A DNA stretch of 41,118 bases from Dehalococcoidia bacterium (GCA_040882355.1 JBBEBM010000013.1:1-41118), one strand, 5' to 3'. Counted from the first letter of the stretch, positions 8,807 to 17,958 are shown. Notes: generated by a model from the letters alone, not told the origin. Program-made: numbers and translations.

Positions 8807-9477
8807 TGCGATCCCTTGCACTTATCGCTCTCATCTTCGCTCTCGTTCTCGCAGCCTGCGACGACGACGACAGCGACACCAACCTCCCCACCGATACGCC
8901 GCCGGCCGGCGCCATCACGCCCGGGAGCCAGACCACGCCGCCCGCCGGCACACCGGTCGATTTCGCGCAGGCATGCCAGAAGTCGACCGAGAAGCAGTGG
9001 ACGGAAGCACCGGACCTGATCATCGACACGAGCAAGAAGTACGTCGCGACGATCAAGACTTCGAAGGGCGAGATCCTGGTCGAGCTGTACAGCGACACGC
9101 CGACCACCACGAACAACTTCGTCTTCCTGGCCTGCACGGGCTACTACGACGGCCTCACGTTCCACCGTGTGGTACCGGACTTCGTCATCCAGGGCGGCGA
9201 CCCGACGGGCAGCGGCTCGGGTGGGCCCGGCTACACGATTCCCGACGAAGACGATCCGGGGCACCTGATGGCAGAGGGCGTCATCAGCATGGCCAAAGGG
9301 GACCCTGGCACCACAGGCAGTCAGTACTTCATCACCATCGGCCTGGGAAGCGAGGGCGATCTGAGCTACCTCGACAGTGGCTTCACGGTCTTCGGTACGG
9401 TGACCGAAGGCATGGACGTGGCGAAGCAGATCGCCGTCAGCGACGTGATGGAGTCGATCACGATCGCGGAGCAATAG
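8803..9477 (+). CDS. Cyclophilin-type peptidyl-prolyl isomerase, lipoprotein
   Basis: Lipobox LAAC, then YYDGLTFHRVVPDFVIQGGDPTGSGSGGPGY and GSQYFI. Confidence 0.9.
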   Translation: MMRSLALIALIFALVLAACDDDDSDTNLPTDTPPAGAITPGSQTTPPAGTPVDFAQACQKSTEKQWTEAPDLIIDTSKKYVATIKTSKGEILVELYSDTPTTTNNFVFLACTGYYDGLTFHRVVPDFVIQGGDPTGSGSGGPGYTIPDEDDPGHLMAEGVISMAKGDPGTTGSQYFITIGLGSEGDLSYLDSGFTVFGTVTEGMDVAKQIAVSDVMESITIAEQ

Positions 9478-9501
9478 CGCTGCGGCGCAGGGAGAAGCAC
9501 G

Positions 9502-9975
9502 ATGGCACAGCAGTTCAAGCAGGCCGAGCAGGTCATCGACGAGAGCAAGGGCTACGTCGCGACGATCAAGACTGCGAAGGGCGACATCGTCGTCGAGCTG
9601 TCGAAGTCGACGCCGATCACGACCAACAGCTTCGTCTTCCTGGCCGGCAAGGGCTACTACGACGGACTCACCTTCCATCGCGTCGAGCCCGGCTTCGTCG
9701 TCCAGGGCGGCGACCCGACGGGCACCGGCTCGGGCGGGCCCGGCTACCGCATCAAGGGCGAGTTCGACGGCGCGGTCTTCGAGAAGGGCGTCTTCGCCAT
9801 GGCGCGCACCAGCGACCCGAACTCGGCTGGCAGCCAGTTCTTCATCACGCTCGGCGCCGCCCACCATCTCGATGGCCAGTACGCGGCGTTCGGCCGCGTC
9901 ACGCAGGGCATGGACGTTGCCCTGCAGCTCGCCGTCGGGGACGTGATGGAGTCGGTGACCGTCCAGGCGCAGTAG
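9502..9975 (+). CDS. Cyclophilin-type peptidyl-prolyl isomerase, cytoplasmic
   Basis: FHRVEPGFVVQGGDP, AMART, AGSQFFI, HLDGQYAAFG. No signal peptide. Confidence 0.92.
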   Translation: MAQQFKQAEQVIDESKGYVATIKTAKGDIVVELSKSTPITTNSFVFLAGKGYYDGLTFHRVEPGFVVQGGDPTGTGSGGPGYRIKGEFDGAVFEKGVFAMARTSDPNSAGSQFFITLGAAHHLDGQYAAFGRVTQGMDVALQLAVGDVMESVTVQAQ

Positions 9976-10139
9976 GGCCGGCCTTTCCTGTCCTGTCCTC
10001 CGGTAGGCCCTCTCCTGTCATGCTGAGCCGAAGGCGATGCATCTTTCGGTGCTCCGGGCGAGGCTAGACACTTCGCAGAGTCCATCCTGAGCTACGGCGA
10101 AGGGCTGAGGCTGACGATCCGCTGCGTTACACTGTCCCC

Positions 10140-10811
10140 ATGAAGCTCGGCATCGTCGCGGACGTGCATTGCAACGTCGAGGGCCTGCGCATCGCGCTCG
10201 ACCAGATGGGCGCCGTCGATGAGCTGATCTGCGCCGGCGACGCGGTCTACCAGTTCCGCTTCTCGAACGACGTCGTCGCCCTGCTGCGAGAGCGCGGCGC
10301 CCGCTACATCCTGGGTAACCACGAGCGCGTCCTGCTCAGCGAGTGGGGCGAACGCGCCCGTTCGCGGCCGGAGGTGCAGCGGGAGCTCGTCGACTACATG
10401 GCGGCGCAGCCCTACCACGTCGAGACGCAGGTGAACGGGCGCCGCCTGGCGCTGGTGCACGGCAGCCCGTTCGACCCGCACGACGAGTACCTCTACCCGA
10501 ACAGCCCCAACCTCCAGAAACTCGCCGGCATCGACGCCGACTACATCATCCTGGGGCACACGCACTACCACATGGCCGTGCCCGTCGGGCGGGCGCTGGT
10601 GATTAACCCGGGCTCGGCGGGCGAGGCGCGCGACCATCGCAACCACTTCCGCCTCTCGTGCGCGGTGCTCGACACGCAGTCGGGCGAGGTGACGTTCCAC
10701 CACTTCGACGACCCGACGCGCCCGAAGGTCGACCCCGCGGTCATCCCGCACGCCAAGCCCAGCGCCGAGCGCCAGGAGCGCCCGATCGACAACCGCGCCT
10801 GGTGGGCATAA
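10140..10811 (+). CDS. Calcineurin-like metallophosphoesterase (YfcE-like)
   Basis: ADVH, CAGD, GNHE, VHGSP, GHTH and NPGS motifs. Confidence 0.9.
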   Translation: MKLGIVADVHCNVEGLRIALDQMGAVDELICAGDAVYQFRFSNDVVALLRERGARYILGNHERVLLSEWGERARSRPEVQRELVDYMAAQPYHVETQVNGRRLALVHGSPFDPHDEYLYPNSPNLQKLAGIDADYIILGHTHYHMAVPVGRALVINPGSAGEARDHRNHFRLSCAVLDTQSGEVTFHHFDDPTRPKVDPAVIPHAKPSAERQERPIDNRAWWA

Positions 10812-10863
10812 GGGCCCGGCTGGAGGCTGGAGCCCCGCCCGGCCAGCCCCCGACCGGCGCCAA

Positions 10864-10908
10864 CCCTCACCCAGGCCTTTCGGCCGACCCTCTCCCAACA
10901 GGAGAGGG
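10864..10908. repeat. REP-like palindromic element, family B (CCCTCACCC...CCCTCTCC...GGAGAGGG)
   Basis: Near-identical copy at 24681-24728 and a related copy at 23347-23390. Confidence 0.75.
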
Positions 10909-11110
10909 TGATGGCGGCGGCGCCGCGACTCAACGGCGCGAAACATGTCAGTACGTTTTGCAAAATCGCGTTTTTCAGCCGAATCACCGCAGATCGCCTC
11001 CATCACTCGAATCTGACGACCCGGCTCCGGGCGGCGCATGCCCACGACTGCTTATCGAGACGAAGGGTACGGCTTGCCGGCGAGAGCGCGAAGGGGCGGA
11101 TGGCGCGGAT

Positions 11111-11145
11111 TGGTTGCTGGTTGCTAGTTCTTCGTTGCTGGTACC
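11111..11145. repeat. Five-unit heptamer tandem repeat
   Basis: TGGTTGC TGGTTGC TAGTTCT TCGTTGC TGGTACC. A similar array lies on the opposite strand at 33112-33146. Confidence 0.65.
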
Positions 11146-11184
11146 GTTGGCGACTCGGGTCAAGTCCGGCATACTAGTGGTGTT

Positions 11185-11850
11185 GTGGCCGGAAATTCAC
11201 CACCCCAGTGGGCACGGCGCGTGCCGCGCGAGCTGATCCGGCGGCTCTACGAGCGCGAGGCGCTCGGCGTCCTGGACGAGGAGCTGGTCGACGAGGTGGC
11301 GTTCGCCTTCTACGCGCGTTGCCGGAGCATCATCCGCGCGACGGAGGCGGCTCGCGGTCACGCCGCTTGTGGCGCGTGCGAGCACATCATCGAGCACTCG
11401 GTCAGGGGAGCGGAGGTGCTGCGCTGCGATCGCTGCGGCTGGGAGATCACGTGGCGCGAGTACCGGAGTTCGTTTCAGGGCAAGTACCTGATCACGGGCA
11501 ACCCCGGCGGCGCTTTCACCGAGTACCCTCGGAGGCTGGAGGCCGTGCGGACGCCGCAGGAGCGCATGCTGGCCATCGACTGGCTGGTGCACCAGGTGCA
11601 CAGCTGGACGCTGGATCGCGAGCAGCCGATCGGCCGGCCGACGGCCGTCAACCTGATCGAAGGGAACGAGACGAAGGTCGTCGCGTTCCTGGATGAACTG
11701 GCCGCCGGGCTGTCCGCGTCGCCGGAGGAGAAGGAGTCGTACTCCGCCTGGCGAAGGACGCTCTGGCTGGAAAGCGAACGCCACGGCCCGGGCGCTGGAC
11801 AGCAGGCATCGCAGGGAAGTAGTCCGGGGCGAGCGCGAAGGGTGTGGTAG
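11185..11850 (+). CDS. Hypothetical protein with a putative zinc ribbon
   Basis: CGAC...CDRC pair; high-GC3 codon usage. Start is uncertain (GTG 11185). Confidence 0.7.
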   Translation: MAGNSPPQWARRVPRELIRRLYEREALGVLDEELVDEVAFAFYARCRSIIRATEAARGHAACGACEHIIEHSVRGAEVLRCDRCGWEITWREYRSSFQGKYLITGNPGGAFTEYPRRLEAVRTPQERMLAIDWLVHQVHSWTLDREQPIGRPTAVNLIEGNETKVVAFLDELAAGLSASPEEKESYSAWRRTLWLESERHGPGAGQQASQGSSPGRARRVW

Positions 11851-11856
11851 CGCGGG

Positions 11857-11884
11857 TTGACAAGCGTGGGCGCGGTGGTATGCT
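11857..11884 (+). promoter_or_regulatory. Sigma70-type promoter of the large secreted protein gene
   Basis: TTGACA (11857-62), 16-bp spacer, extended -10 TGgTATGCT (hexamer 11879-84). ATG follows at 11901. Confidence 0.65.
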
Positions 11885-11900
11885 AGGGGCGATTGGTGGC

Positions 11901-14900
11901 ATGCGAGTGAGATCTGGCGTGCGGACGACCCTTCTCCTAGGCCTCCTGGCTCTAACGGCGGCCTGCGCTCTCCTGCTGCCTGCGTCGCGCCAGACGAATG
12001 CGAACCCACTTGCTGGCGGCACCGTGGTCTCGGTAAGCGGAGGCAACGCCGTCGCGGCAGCTGACGCAGTCTGTAACGAGACTGGGACGATCGCTATCGA
12101 CACCCACTGGACAAGCTCGTGTGTCCACGTCGTGGTGGATGGGATAACGATCTCACCTGGCGTGACGTTCACAATCGAGCCGGGCACAATCGTGAAGCTC
12201 GTAAACCCGAGCAATCTGCCCACGATCACCGTGCAGGGGTCCTTGATAGCGCAGGGAACGGCACAGGACCCAGTCATGCTGACTTCTTACAGAGACGACA
12301 CGGCAGGCGGGGATTCGAACGGTGATGGCACCGCTTCGTCGGCGGCTCCAGGCGACTGGAACTTCATTTATGTATCTTCTGGCTCGTCCGCCGTCTTCGA
12401 CCATGTGATGGTCAGGTTCGGCGGGAGGCCGCCCTCCTGCCTAGGCCCTTGCGGATTCACGGTTGGCGGCGTTATCACCAACATCTTCGGAAGTTCACCC
12501 GACCCGGACTTCACATTCACACACAGCACCGTGTCCGACTCCGCCAACACAGGAGTTGCGATGGACACGAGCGGGTCCGTGACAGTCACCGACAGCAACT
12601 TCATAGGCAACCAAGGGACGGGACTGTCCGCCAGCTCGGGCCTTCTGCGTGTTACAGGCTCAAGGTTTGACGGCAACCGCATTGGCGCATGGCTTTCAGG
12701 GAGGCCGTCAAGTGTTGTCGCGGGCAACACGTTCGCTGACAACACCAGTGATGGCTTGCGTGTGTGGCGCGACACAGTCCCCGTCGATAACATTTTCACG
12801 AACAACCAGGGTTATGCAATCGTTGCTGAGCAGCCCTTCTGGACTGAGCGCTCTTCTCCGCTCTTCCGAGGGAATACGGCAAACGGTAACCGCTTCAATG
12901 CAATTCTGTTGGACCTCGGTAACGATTCCACAGTCACAACCGAAACGAACACTCTGGCCGCCAACCCAGGAGTGCCCTACGTTGTCAATTCGCTCACCAT
13001 TCCGCTCGGGGCGACCCTAACGCTTGAAGCTGGGACTATCTTGAAGTTGACGAACACATCGAATCTGCCAACGATAGGCGTGCATGGATCACTCGTGGCC
13101 GTTGGTACTGCGCAAGAGCCAATCATTCTCACCTCCATTAGGGACGACATTGCGGGTGGTGACACGAATGGCGATGGAGAATCAGCATCGCCCTTAGTTG
13201 GAGATTGGACGTTCATCTTCCTCTACTCTGGAGATTCCAGCGTTGGCAGCTCTGCGACATTCGATCACGCGGCAGTGCGCTATGGCGGGAGGCCGACGTC
13301 CTGCATTGGGCCCTGCCCCGTCCCCCAGGGAGTAATTACGAATCTCGTGGGCCAGCCTTTTGGCGCTCCTCCTACAATCGATCCTGGCGCCTCCCTAAGC
13401 TTTGCCAACGGCACCCTATCGGACGCAGCAAACACAGGAATCAACGTCGTTGGAGCGTCCGCCAGCGCCGCCATAAGCCAATCGCGTTTGCTTACCGGAA
13501 CGTCTGTGGCAGTCGCAGCCGGGGGTGGAGCTGCGGTTGACGCTAGGAACAACTGGTGGGGCAACGCAAGCGGACCGAGTCCCGCCGACTCATCGTGCAC
13601 TACTGCTGCCGGTAGTGGCTCAAAGGTCGGTTGCGGCCTTCTCTTCGACCCTTGGCTTACGTCCGATCCAGGGCAGACGACCCCGCCGGCGGAAGATCGC
13701 AAGGTCATCTTCATCCAGGGCATCGACAGCAAGAGCTGGGCCGGCGAAGTAGACGGCCAGCCCGACTGCAGCGTACCCGAGAATGCCGCGAACGCCGACA
13801 ACCTCGGCTTCGTGAGTAACCGCCTGTTGGGCCAGGACGGCAACAACCGGGTGCAGTGGATGGCCGATTACCTGACGAGCGAGCTTGGGTATGAGGCGAA
13901 CGACGATATCTTCTACTTCAGCTACCGATCGCTGCAAGATGGCGGCTACTGCCCGCAAGCGGGTGACCCTTCCTCCCCGGACTTCAGGCGGCCGCGGTAC
14001 GAGCCGGAAGACACCTGCACTGGCATTGACGGAGTCGATGGGGCAGCGGGGAAACTGCAGATCCTTGTGAGTAACCTCATTTCTGAATACCCAGGGGCCA
14101 AGTTCGACGTCATCGCCCACAGCATGGGAGGCTTGGTTGCGGCCTACTGGCTGTCTCAGCACCCGCAGAGCGCGGACAGGATACACTCTGTCATCACCTT
14201 CGACAGCCCGCTGAGAGGAACGCACTTGAGGAACGGCGCCTCGGAGTGCGAGGCGGACAGTGACTCATGGCAGCAGTTCATCTGCTACGACTACTCGACC
14301 ACCGCCGCGTGCCCGGTTGTCGGGGCCATCTCACAGCTTGGCTCTGGCCAGGGCGGGCTGGGCACTGGGTTCTACACTTTGGATGCCACACAACAAGATT
14401 TCGTCGGTGAGGCCGTACCTGGAGACCGAACGACCCTCCTGGCCAGTGACAGCAAGTTGCACTGCAAGGTCGATGACAATCACACCGATGTGTGGGAGGA
14501 CGGGCATATCGATGGAAGTGGGCCATTTGAGTGCTGGAAGGATATGCATTGGCAACCTGCTTCTGGACCAGTTCTCCTAAATCCGGATGGGGAACACGCG
14601 AAGGAGGCGTTCTTCGCCTGTGCGGTCGCGGCACCTGCCGACGCTTCGGCGTGCTTTGGCAACTTTGGTACCGAGGTTGCACCGCCCGCGGCTCTGCCCG
14701 GCCCTGCGCCGGCAGCTAGTACAGAGGTCAGCGTGACCTCGACAGACGGCTTCCTTGTCGGCGACTGGGGCATGTTCAACCCGGGCATGCCGAACGAAGA
14801 GACGCATCAGATCGTAGGTATTGCGTCGCTGATCCTGGCGACGCCGCTCCAGTTCGATCACGAAGCTGGTGAGCCAGTCATCAAGGTGAACGCGCCTCCC

Positions 14901-15281
14901 GACGACAGTGACAGCGATGGCTGCACGGACGAGCGGGAGGACGGCTCTGATCCGCTGTCAGGAGGGTTGCGCGATCCCCTCAACTTCTGGGACTTCTTCG
15001 ATACGCCAGACGAGGCAAACGCCCGCGACCGCGCGATAACCGTCGGGGACAACGCGCGGGTCGCCGAACGGTTCGGCACGTACGATGCCGGGTCCGCGTT
15101 CTTCGATCGGACGAGCGACCCCCTGGAGATGCCAGACTCGCCGCCCTCCTACCACCCGGCGTTTGATCGCGACGGCTCACCTCCCGGAGCGGACCCCTGG
15201 GACTTGCGCCCGCCCAACGGCTCAATCACGGCGGGTGATATCGGCGCGGTGGTGGCGCAGTTCGGGCATAGCTGCGCGTAG
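11901..15281 (+). CDS. Secreted surface protein: duplicated beta-helix-associated repeat, alpha/beta-hydrolase domain and conserved C-terminal FWDFFD...FGHSCA module
   Basis: N-terminal signal peptide. Two long internal repeats with GGD(S/T)NGDG. FxxN beta-helix turns and DARNNWWG. IAHSMGGLV nucleophile elbow. The tail is shared with three other genes in the window. Confidence 0.85.
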   Translation: MRVRSGVRTTLLLGLLALTAACALLLPASRQTNANPLAGGTVVSVSGGNAVAAADAVCNETGTIAIDTHWTSSCVHVVVDGITISPGVTFTIEPGTIVKLVNPSNLPTITVQGSLIAQGTAQDPVMLTSYRDDTAGGDSNGDGTASSAAPGDWNFIYVSSGSSAVFDHVMVRFGGRPPSCLGPCGFTVGGVITNIFGSSPDPDFTFTHSTVSDSANTGVAMDTSGSVTVTDSNFIGNQGTGLSASSGLLRVTGSRFDGNRIGAWLSGRPSSVVAGNTFADNTSDGLRVWRDTVPVDNIFTNNQGYAIVAEQPFWTERSSPLFRGNTANGNRFNAILLDLGNDSTVTTETNTLAANPGVPYVVNSLTIPLGATLTLEAGTILKLTNTSNLPTIGVHGSLVAVGTAQEPIILTSIRDDIAGGDTNGDGESASPLVGDWTFIFLYSGDSSVGSSATFDHAAVRYGGRPTSCIGPCPVPQGVITNLVGQPFGAPPTIDPGASLSFANGTLSDAANTGINVVGASASAAISQSRLLTGTSVAVAAGGGAAVDARNNWWGNASGPSPADSSCTTAAGSGSKVGCGLLFDPWLTSDPGQTTPPAEDRKVIFIQGIDSKSWAGEVDGQPDCSVPENAANADNLGFVSNRLLGQDGNNRVQWMADYLTSELGYEANDDIFYFSYRSLQDGGYCPQAGDPSSPDFRRPRYEPEDTCTGIDGVDGAAGKLQILVSNLISEYPGAKFDVIAHSMGGLVAAYWLSQHPQSADRIHSVITFDSPLRGTHLRNGASECEADSDSWQQFICYDYSTTAACPVVGAISQLGSGQGGLGTGFYTLDATQQDFVGEAVPGDRTTLLASDSKLHCKVDDNHTDVWEDGHIDGSGPFECWKDMHWQPASGPVLLNPDGEHAKEAFFACAVAAPADASACFGNFGTEVAPPAALPGPAPAASTEVSVTSTDGFLVGDWGMFNPGMPNEETHQIVGIASLILATPLQFDHEAGEPVIKVNAPPDDSDSDGCTDEREDGSDPLSGGLRDPLNFWDFFDTPDEANARDRAITVGDNARVAERFGTYDAGSAFFDRTSDPLEMPDSPPSYHPAFDRDGSPPGADPWDLRPPNGSITAGDIGAVVAQFGHSCA

Positions 15282-15283
15282 CC

Positions 15284-15754
15284 CTAGCGCGCCTCGCTCA
15301 CTACCGAAACGTCGCCCATGAGATAGCGCGGGCCGGCGCCCTTCGCCGCGGCGGCGTCGCCCTGGTTGAACAGGCCGCAGCGGTCGAGCGACAGGCAGCC
15401 GCAGCCGATGCACGAGGAGAGTTGGTCGCGGAGTTTCTCGAGCGTTCCGATGCGCGCGTCGAGGTCGTCGCGCCAGCGGCTGGAGAGCCGCTCCCAATCG
15501 GCCGGCGTGGGTTCGCGGCCGCCGGGGAGCGCCCGGAACGCCGCCCGGACCTGTCGCAGCGACACGCCCATGGCGCGCGCGACCTTGATGACGGCGACCT
15601 GTCGAAGCACGCTGCGGCGATAGCGCCGCTGGTTACCGCTCGTGCGCGTCGCCGAGATGAGCCCGAGCGACTCGTAGTAGCGCAGCGCCGATGACGCGAC
15701 GCCGCTCCGCCTGGCAAGCTCGGTGATGGTGATGTGCTCCGGAAGGGCGGCCAT
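15284..15754 (-). CDS. soxR: Redox-sensitive transcriptional activator SoxR
   Basis: MerR HTH (ITELARRSGVASSALRYYE), RTSGNQRRY, and the [2Fe-2S] motif CIGCGCLSLDRC. Confidence 0.95.
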   Translation of the reverse strand: MAALPEHITITELARRSGVASSALRYYESLGLISATRTSGNQRRYRRSVLRQVAVIKVARAMGVSLRQVRAAFRALPGGREPTPADWERLSSRWRDDLDARIGTLEKLRDQLSSCIGCGCLSLDRCGLFNQGDAAAAKGAGPRYLMGDVSVVSEAR

Positions 15755-15772
15755 TATCTTCCTCCAGGGGGC

Positions 15773-15803
15773 TTGACTTCAAGTTTACTTGAAGTTTTAT
15801 CAT
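15773..15803 (+). promoter_or_regulatory. SoxR-activated promoter with SoxR box
   Basis: TTGACT (15773-78), 19-bp spacer, TATCAT (15798-803). The dyad ACTTCAAG-TTTA-CTTGAAGT (15776-95) matches the soxbox pattern CTCAAGTTAACTTGAG. Confidence 0.88.
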
Positions 15804-15810
15804 CTGAGCC

Positions 15811-16523
15811 ATGATGCACGCCACCCAAGCCACCGCCAGCCAGCCAACGTTCCTGTACGAAGACCTGGGGCGCCTGATGGGCCTGATGACGGGCGATGAG
15901 AAGCACTCATCGAGCGCCACGTCCACCTTGGACGCGATCTGGGTGCTCTACGATCGCGTGCTGCGGATCGATCCGATGAACCCGGCGGCCGACGACCGCG
16001 ACCGCTTCCTTCTCTCGAAAGGGCACGGGCCGATGGCCTTCTACGCGGTGCTTGCCGCGAAGGGCTTCTTCGATGCGGAGTCGCTGGGCGGCTGGCTGCG
16101 GTATGACTCGCCGTTCGGCCTGCCCCGGACCGCAACCTGATACCGGGCGTCGAGATATCGAGCGGGTCGCTGGGGCACGGGCTACCGCTGGCGATCGGGA
16201 TGGGGCTGGGGCTGCGGGCGCGCGCCAACGACGGGCCGCGCGTCTTCTGCCTGGTCGGCGACGCGGAGCTCGACGAGGGCACGAACCAGGAGGCGATCGT
16301 CGTCGCGGCGCGCATGCGGCTGCACGCGCTGACCGCGGTCGTCATCGACAACCAGTCGGCGTCGCAGGGCTGGCCGGGCGGCATCGCGGCGCGCTTTGAC
16401 GTCGAGGGCTGGTCGACGGTCACCGTCGACGGGCGCGACCACGACGCGCTCGAGGAGGCGCTGACGAGGCCACATCCCGATACACCGCACGCCGTCGTCG
16501 CCGTCGTGGAGCCGAAGTCATGA
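15811..16523 (+). pseudogene. Transketolase N-terminal (TPP-binding) subunit with a 1-nt frameshift at ~16123-16126 (possible sequencing error)
   Basis: The first frame gives DRDRFLLSKGHG. The sequence continues in another frame as PDRNLIPGVEISSGSLGHGLP...GDAELDEG...VIDN. One added base would give G-L-x-P-D. Confidence 0.8.
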
Positions 16524-17428
16524 GCATCCACACGATGCGCAGGCGGTTCGGATACGTGGTCAGCGAGCTGCTCGACGCCGAGCCGCGTCTCGCGCTGGTG
16601 CTTTCGGAGATCGGCGTCGATCGCTTCATGGCGAGCGGCGCCGTGCAGCGCCATCCGACTCGCGTCATCAACGTCGGCATCCGCGAACAGCTCATGATGA
16701 ACGTCGCTGCCGGCATGGCGCTGGAGGGGATGCGCCCCATCGCGCACAGCTTCGCGCCGTTCCTCATCGAGCGTTCGTACGAGCAGGTGAAGCTCGGGTT
16801 CGCGCACCAGGGGGTCGGCGGGATCCTGGTCAGCGCCGGCGCGACGTACGACGTCGCCCAATACGGACGGACGCATCAGACCGGCGCCGACGTCGCGCTC
16901 GTCGCGACCCTCCCGGACTGGCGCATCCACGTGCCCGGCCACCCCGACGAAGTGGACGCGATGCTGCGGGACGCGGTCGTTTCCGACGATGCCGTCTACA
17001 TCCGACTGTCCGACCAGCAGAACGAATCGCCGCAGCCGGTCGACAGCGGCCGGCTCGTAACGGTGCGCCAGGGCGCCGCTGGCGGCCCAACCGTCGTCGC
17101 CGTCGGGCCGGTGCTGGACGCCGTGATGGAGGCGACGGCGTCGCTAGGCGCGACGGTGCTGTACGCGTCGACGGTCCGGCCGTTCGACGGCGCGGGCCTG
17201 CGCGCGGCTGTTTCCGGCAGCGATGTCGCGCTGGTCGAGCCGTACCTGGAGGGCACGTCGGCCGCCGACGTGTCGGCTGCGCTCTCGGACCGGCCGCACC
17301 GCCTGCTCTCGATCGGCGTACCGAACACGGAGCATCGCAAGTACGGCACCGCAGCCGAGCACAACGCGGCGCACGGCCTCGACGCGGCGGGGCTGCGGGA
17401 GCGGATCGCTAGCTGGGCGGGGGCGTGA
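16520..17428 (+). CDS. Transketolase C-terminal subunit (pyrimidine-binding and C-terminal domains)
   Basis: RVINVGIREQ, AAGMALEG, FAPFLIERSYEQVK, GRTHQ, AVYIRL. ATGA overlap with the N-terminal subunit. Confidence 0.88.
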   Translation: MSIHTMRRRFGYVVSELLDAEPRLALVLSEIGVDRFMASGAVQRHPTRVINVGIREQLMMNVAAGMALEGMRPIAHSFAPFLIERSYEQVKLGFAHQGVGGILVSAGATYDVAQYGRTHQTGADVALVATLPDWRIHVPGHPDEVDAMLRDAVVSDDAVYIRLSDQQNESPQPVDSGRLVTVRQGAAGGPTVVAVGPVLDAVMEATASLGATVLYASTVRPFDGAGLRAAVSGSDVALVEPYLEGTSAADVSAALSDRPHRLLSIGVPNTEHRKYGTAAEHNAAHGLDAAGLRERIASWAGA

Positions 17429-17529
17429 CACGAAGCCGGAGGCTGGAGGCTGGACAACGGGGCACCGTTCGCGGTGGAAGGGTTGTCAGATCCTTCGCCC
17501 TCCCGACCACCGTCCTTCCGCCCCCACTC

Positions 17530-17653
17530 GGCTCAGGATGACGTGATGGCGCCCGCGAGCCACGCGCCCTTCGACAGGCTTAGGATGACCTCGCGGTAGG
17601 CCGTCTCACTCCGCCCCGTTCGTCTCAGGCCCTTCGACAAGCGCAGGGTGACA
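17530..17653. repeat. Cluster of family A REP-like elements
   Basis: GGCTCAGGATGAC, CCCTTCGACAGGCTTAGGATGAC and CCCTTCGACAAGCGCAGGGTGACA. Confidence 0.7.
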
Positions 17654-17759
17654 GGAGCGGCGCTCTCCCCTACGGCGCGAGAGCGACACGCCTCTTCGAA
17701 TCGGTGTCAGCCTCGGGACGTGCCTAACGCGCCCCCTCTGGTATACTGGCCTGGAGACA

Positions 17760-17888
17760 ACCGCATAGGCCGAATCCGCGCAGGCGCGTGGAGCGGGGGA
17801 ACCACCGACCGGGGTGAATCTCGGGAAACCGAGTAGGTCAGCCTTCTCAGACCGAACCCGTCAGCTAACCTCGCAGGCACGTGAGAGG
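17760..17888 (+). ncRNA. Cyclic di-AMP (ydaO/yuaA) riboswitch
   Basis: Conserved blocks in the correct order: GCCGAATCC, GGGGGAACCA, GGGGTGAATC, GTAGG..CCTT, CCGAACCCGTCAGCTAACCTCGCAGGC. An extended -10 TGGTATACT lies at 17739-47. Confidence 0.9.
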
Positions 17889-17899
17889 CGCCACGCCAC

Positions 17900-17930
17900 A
17901 GAGGCAGGGTCGCCGCCCTGCCTCTTGTCA
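17900..17930 (+). terminator. Hairpin forming the probable riboswitch expression platform
   Basis: AGAGGCAGGG-tcgccg-CCCTGCCTCT, a 10-bp stem followed by only a weak U-tract. Confidence 0.55.
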
Positions 17931-17958
17931 TATCGGCGCTGGTGAAAGGAGTACCCGC

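Noticed and set aside
10910..11110. Small ORFs or an ncRNA in the AT-richer intergenic patch
   Set aside because: No RBS, motif, codon bias or recognisable RNA consensus supports a call.
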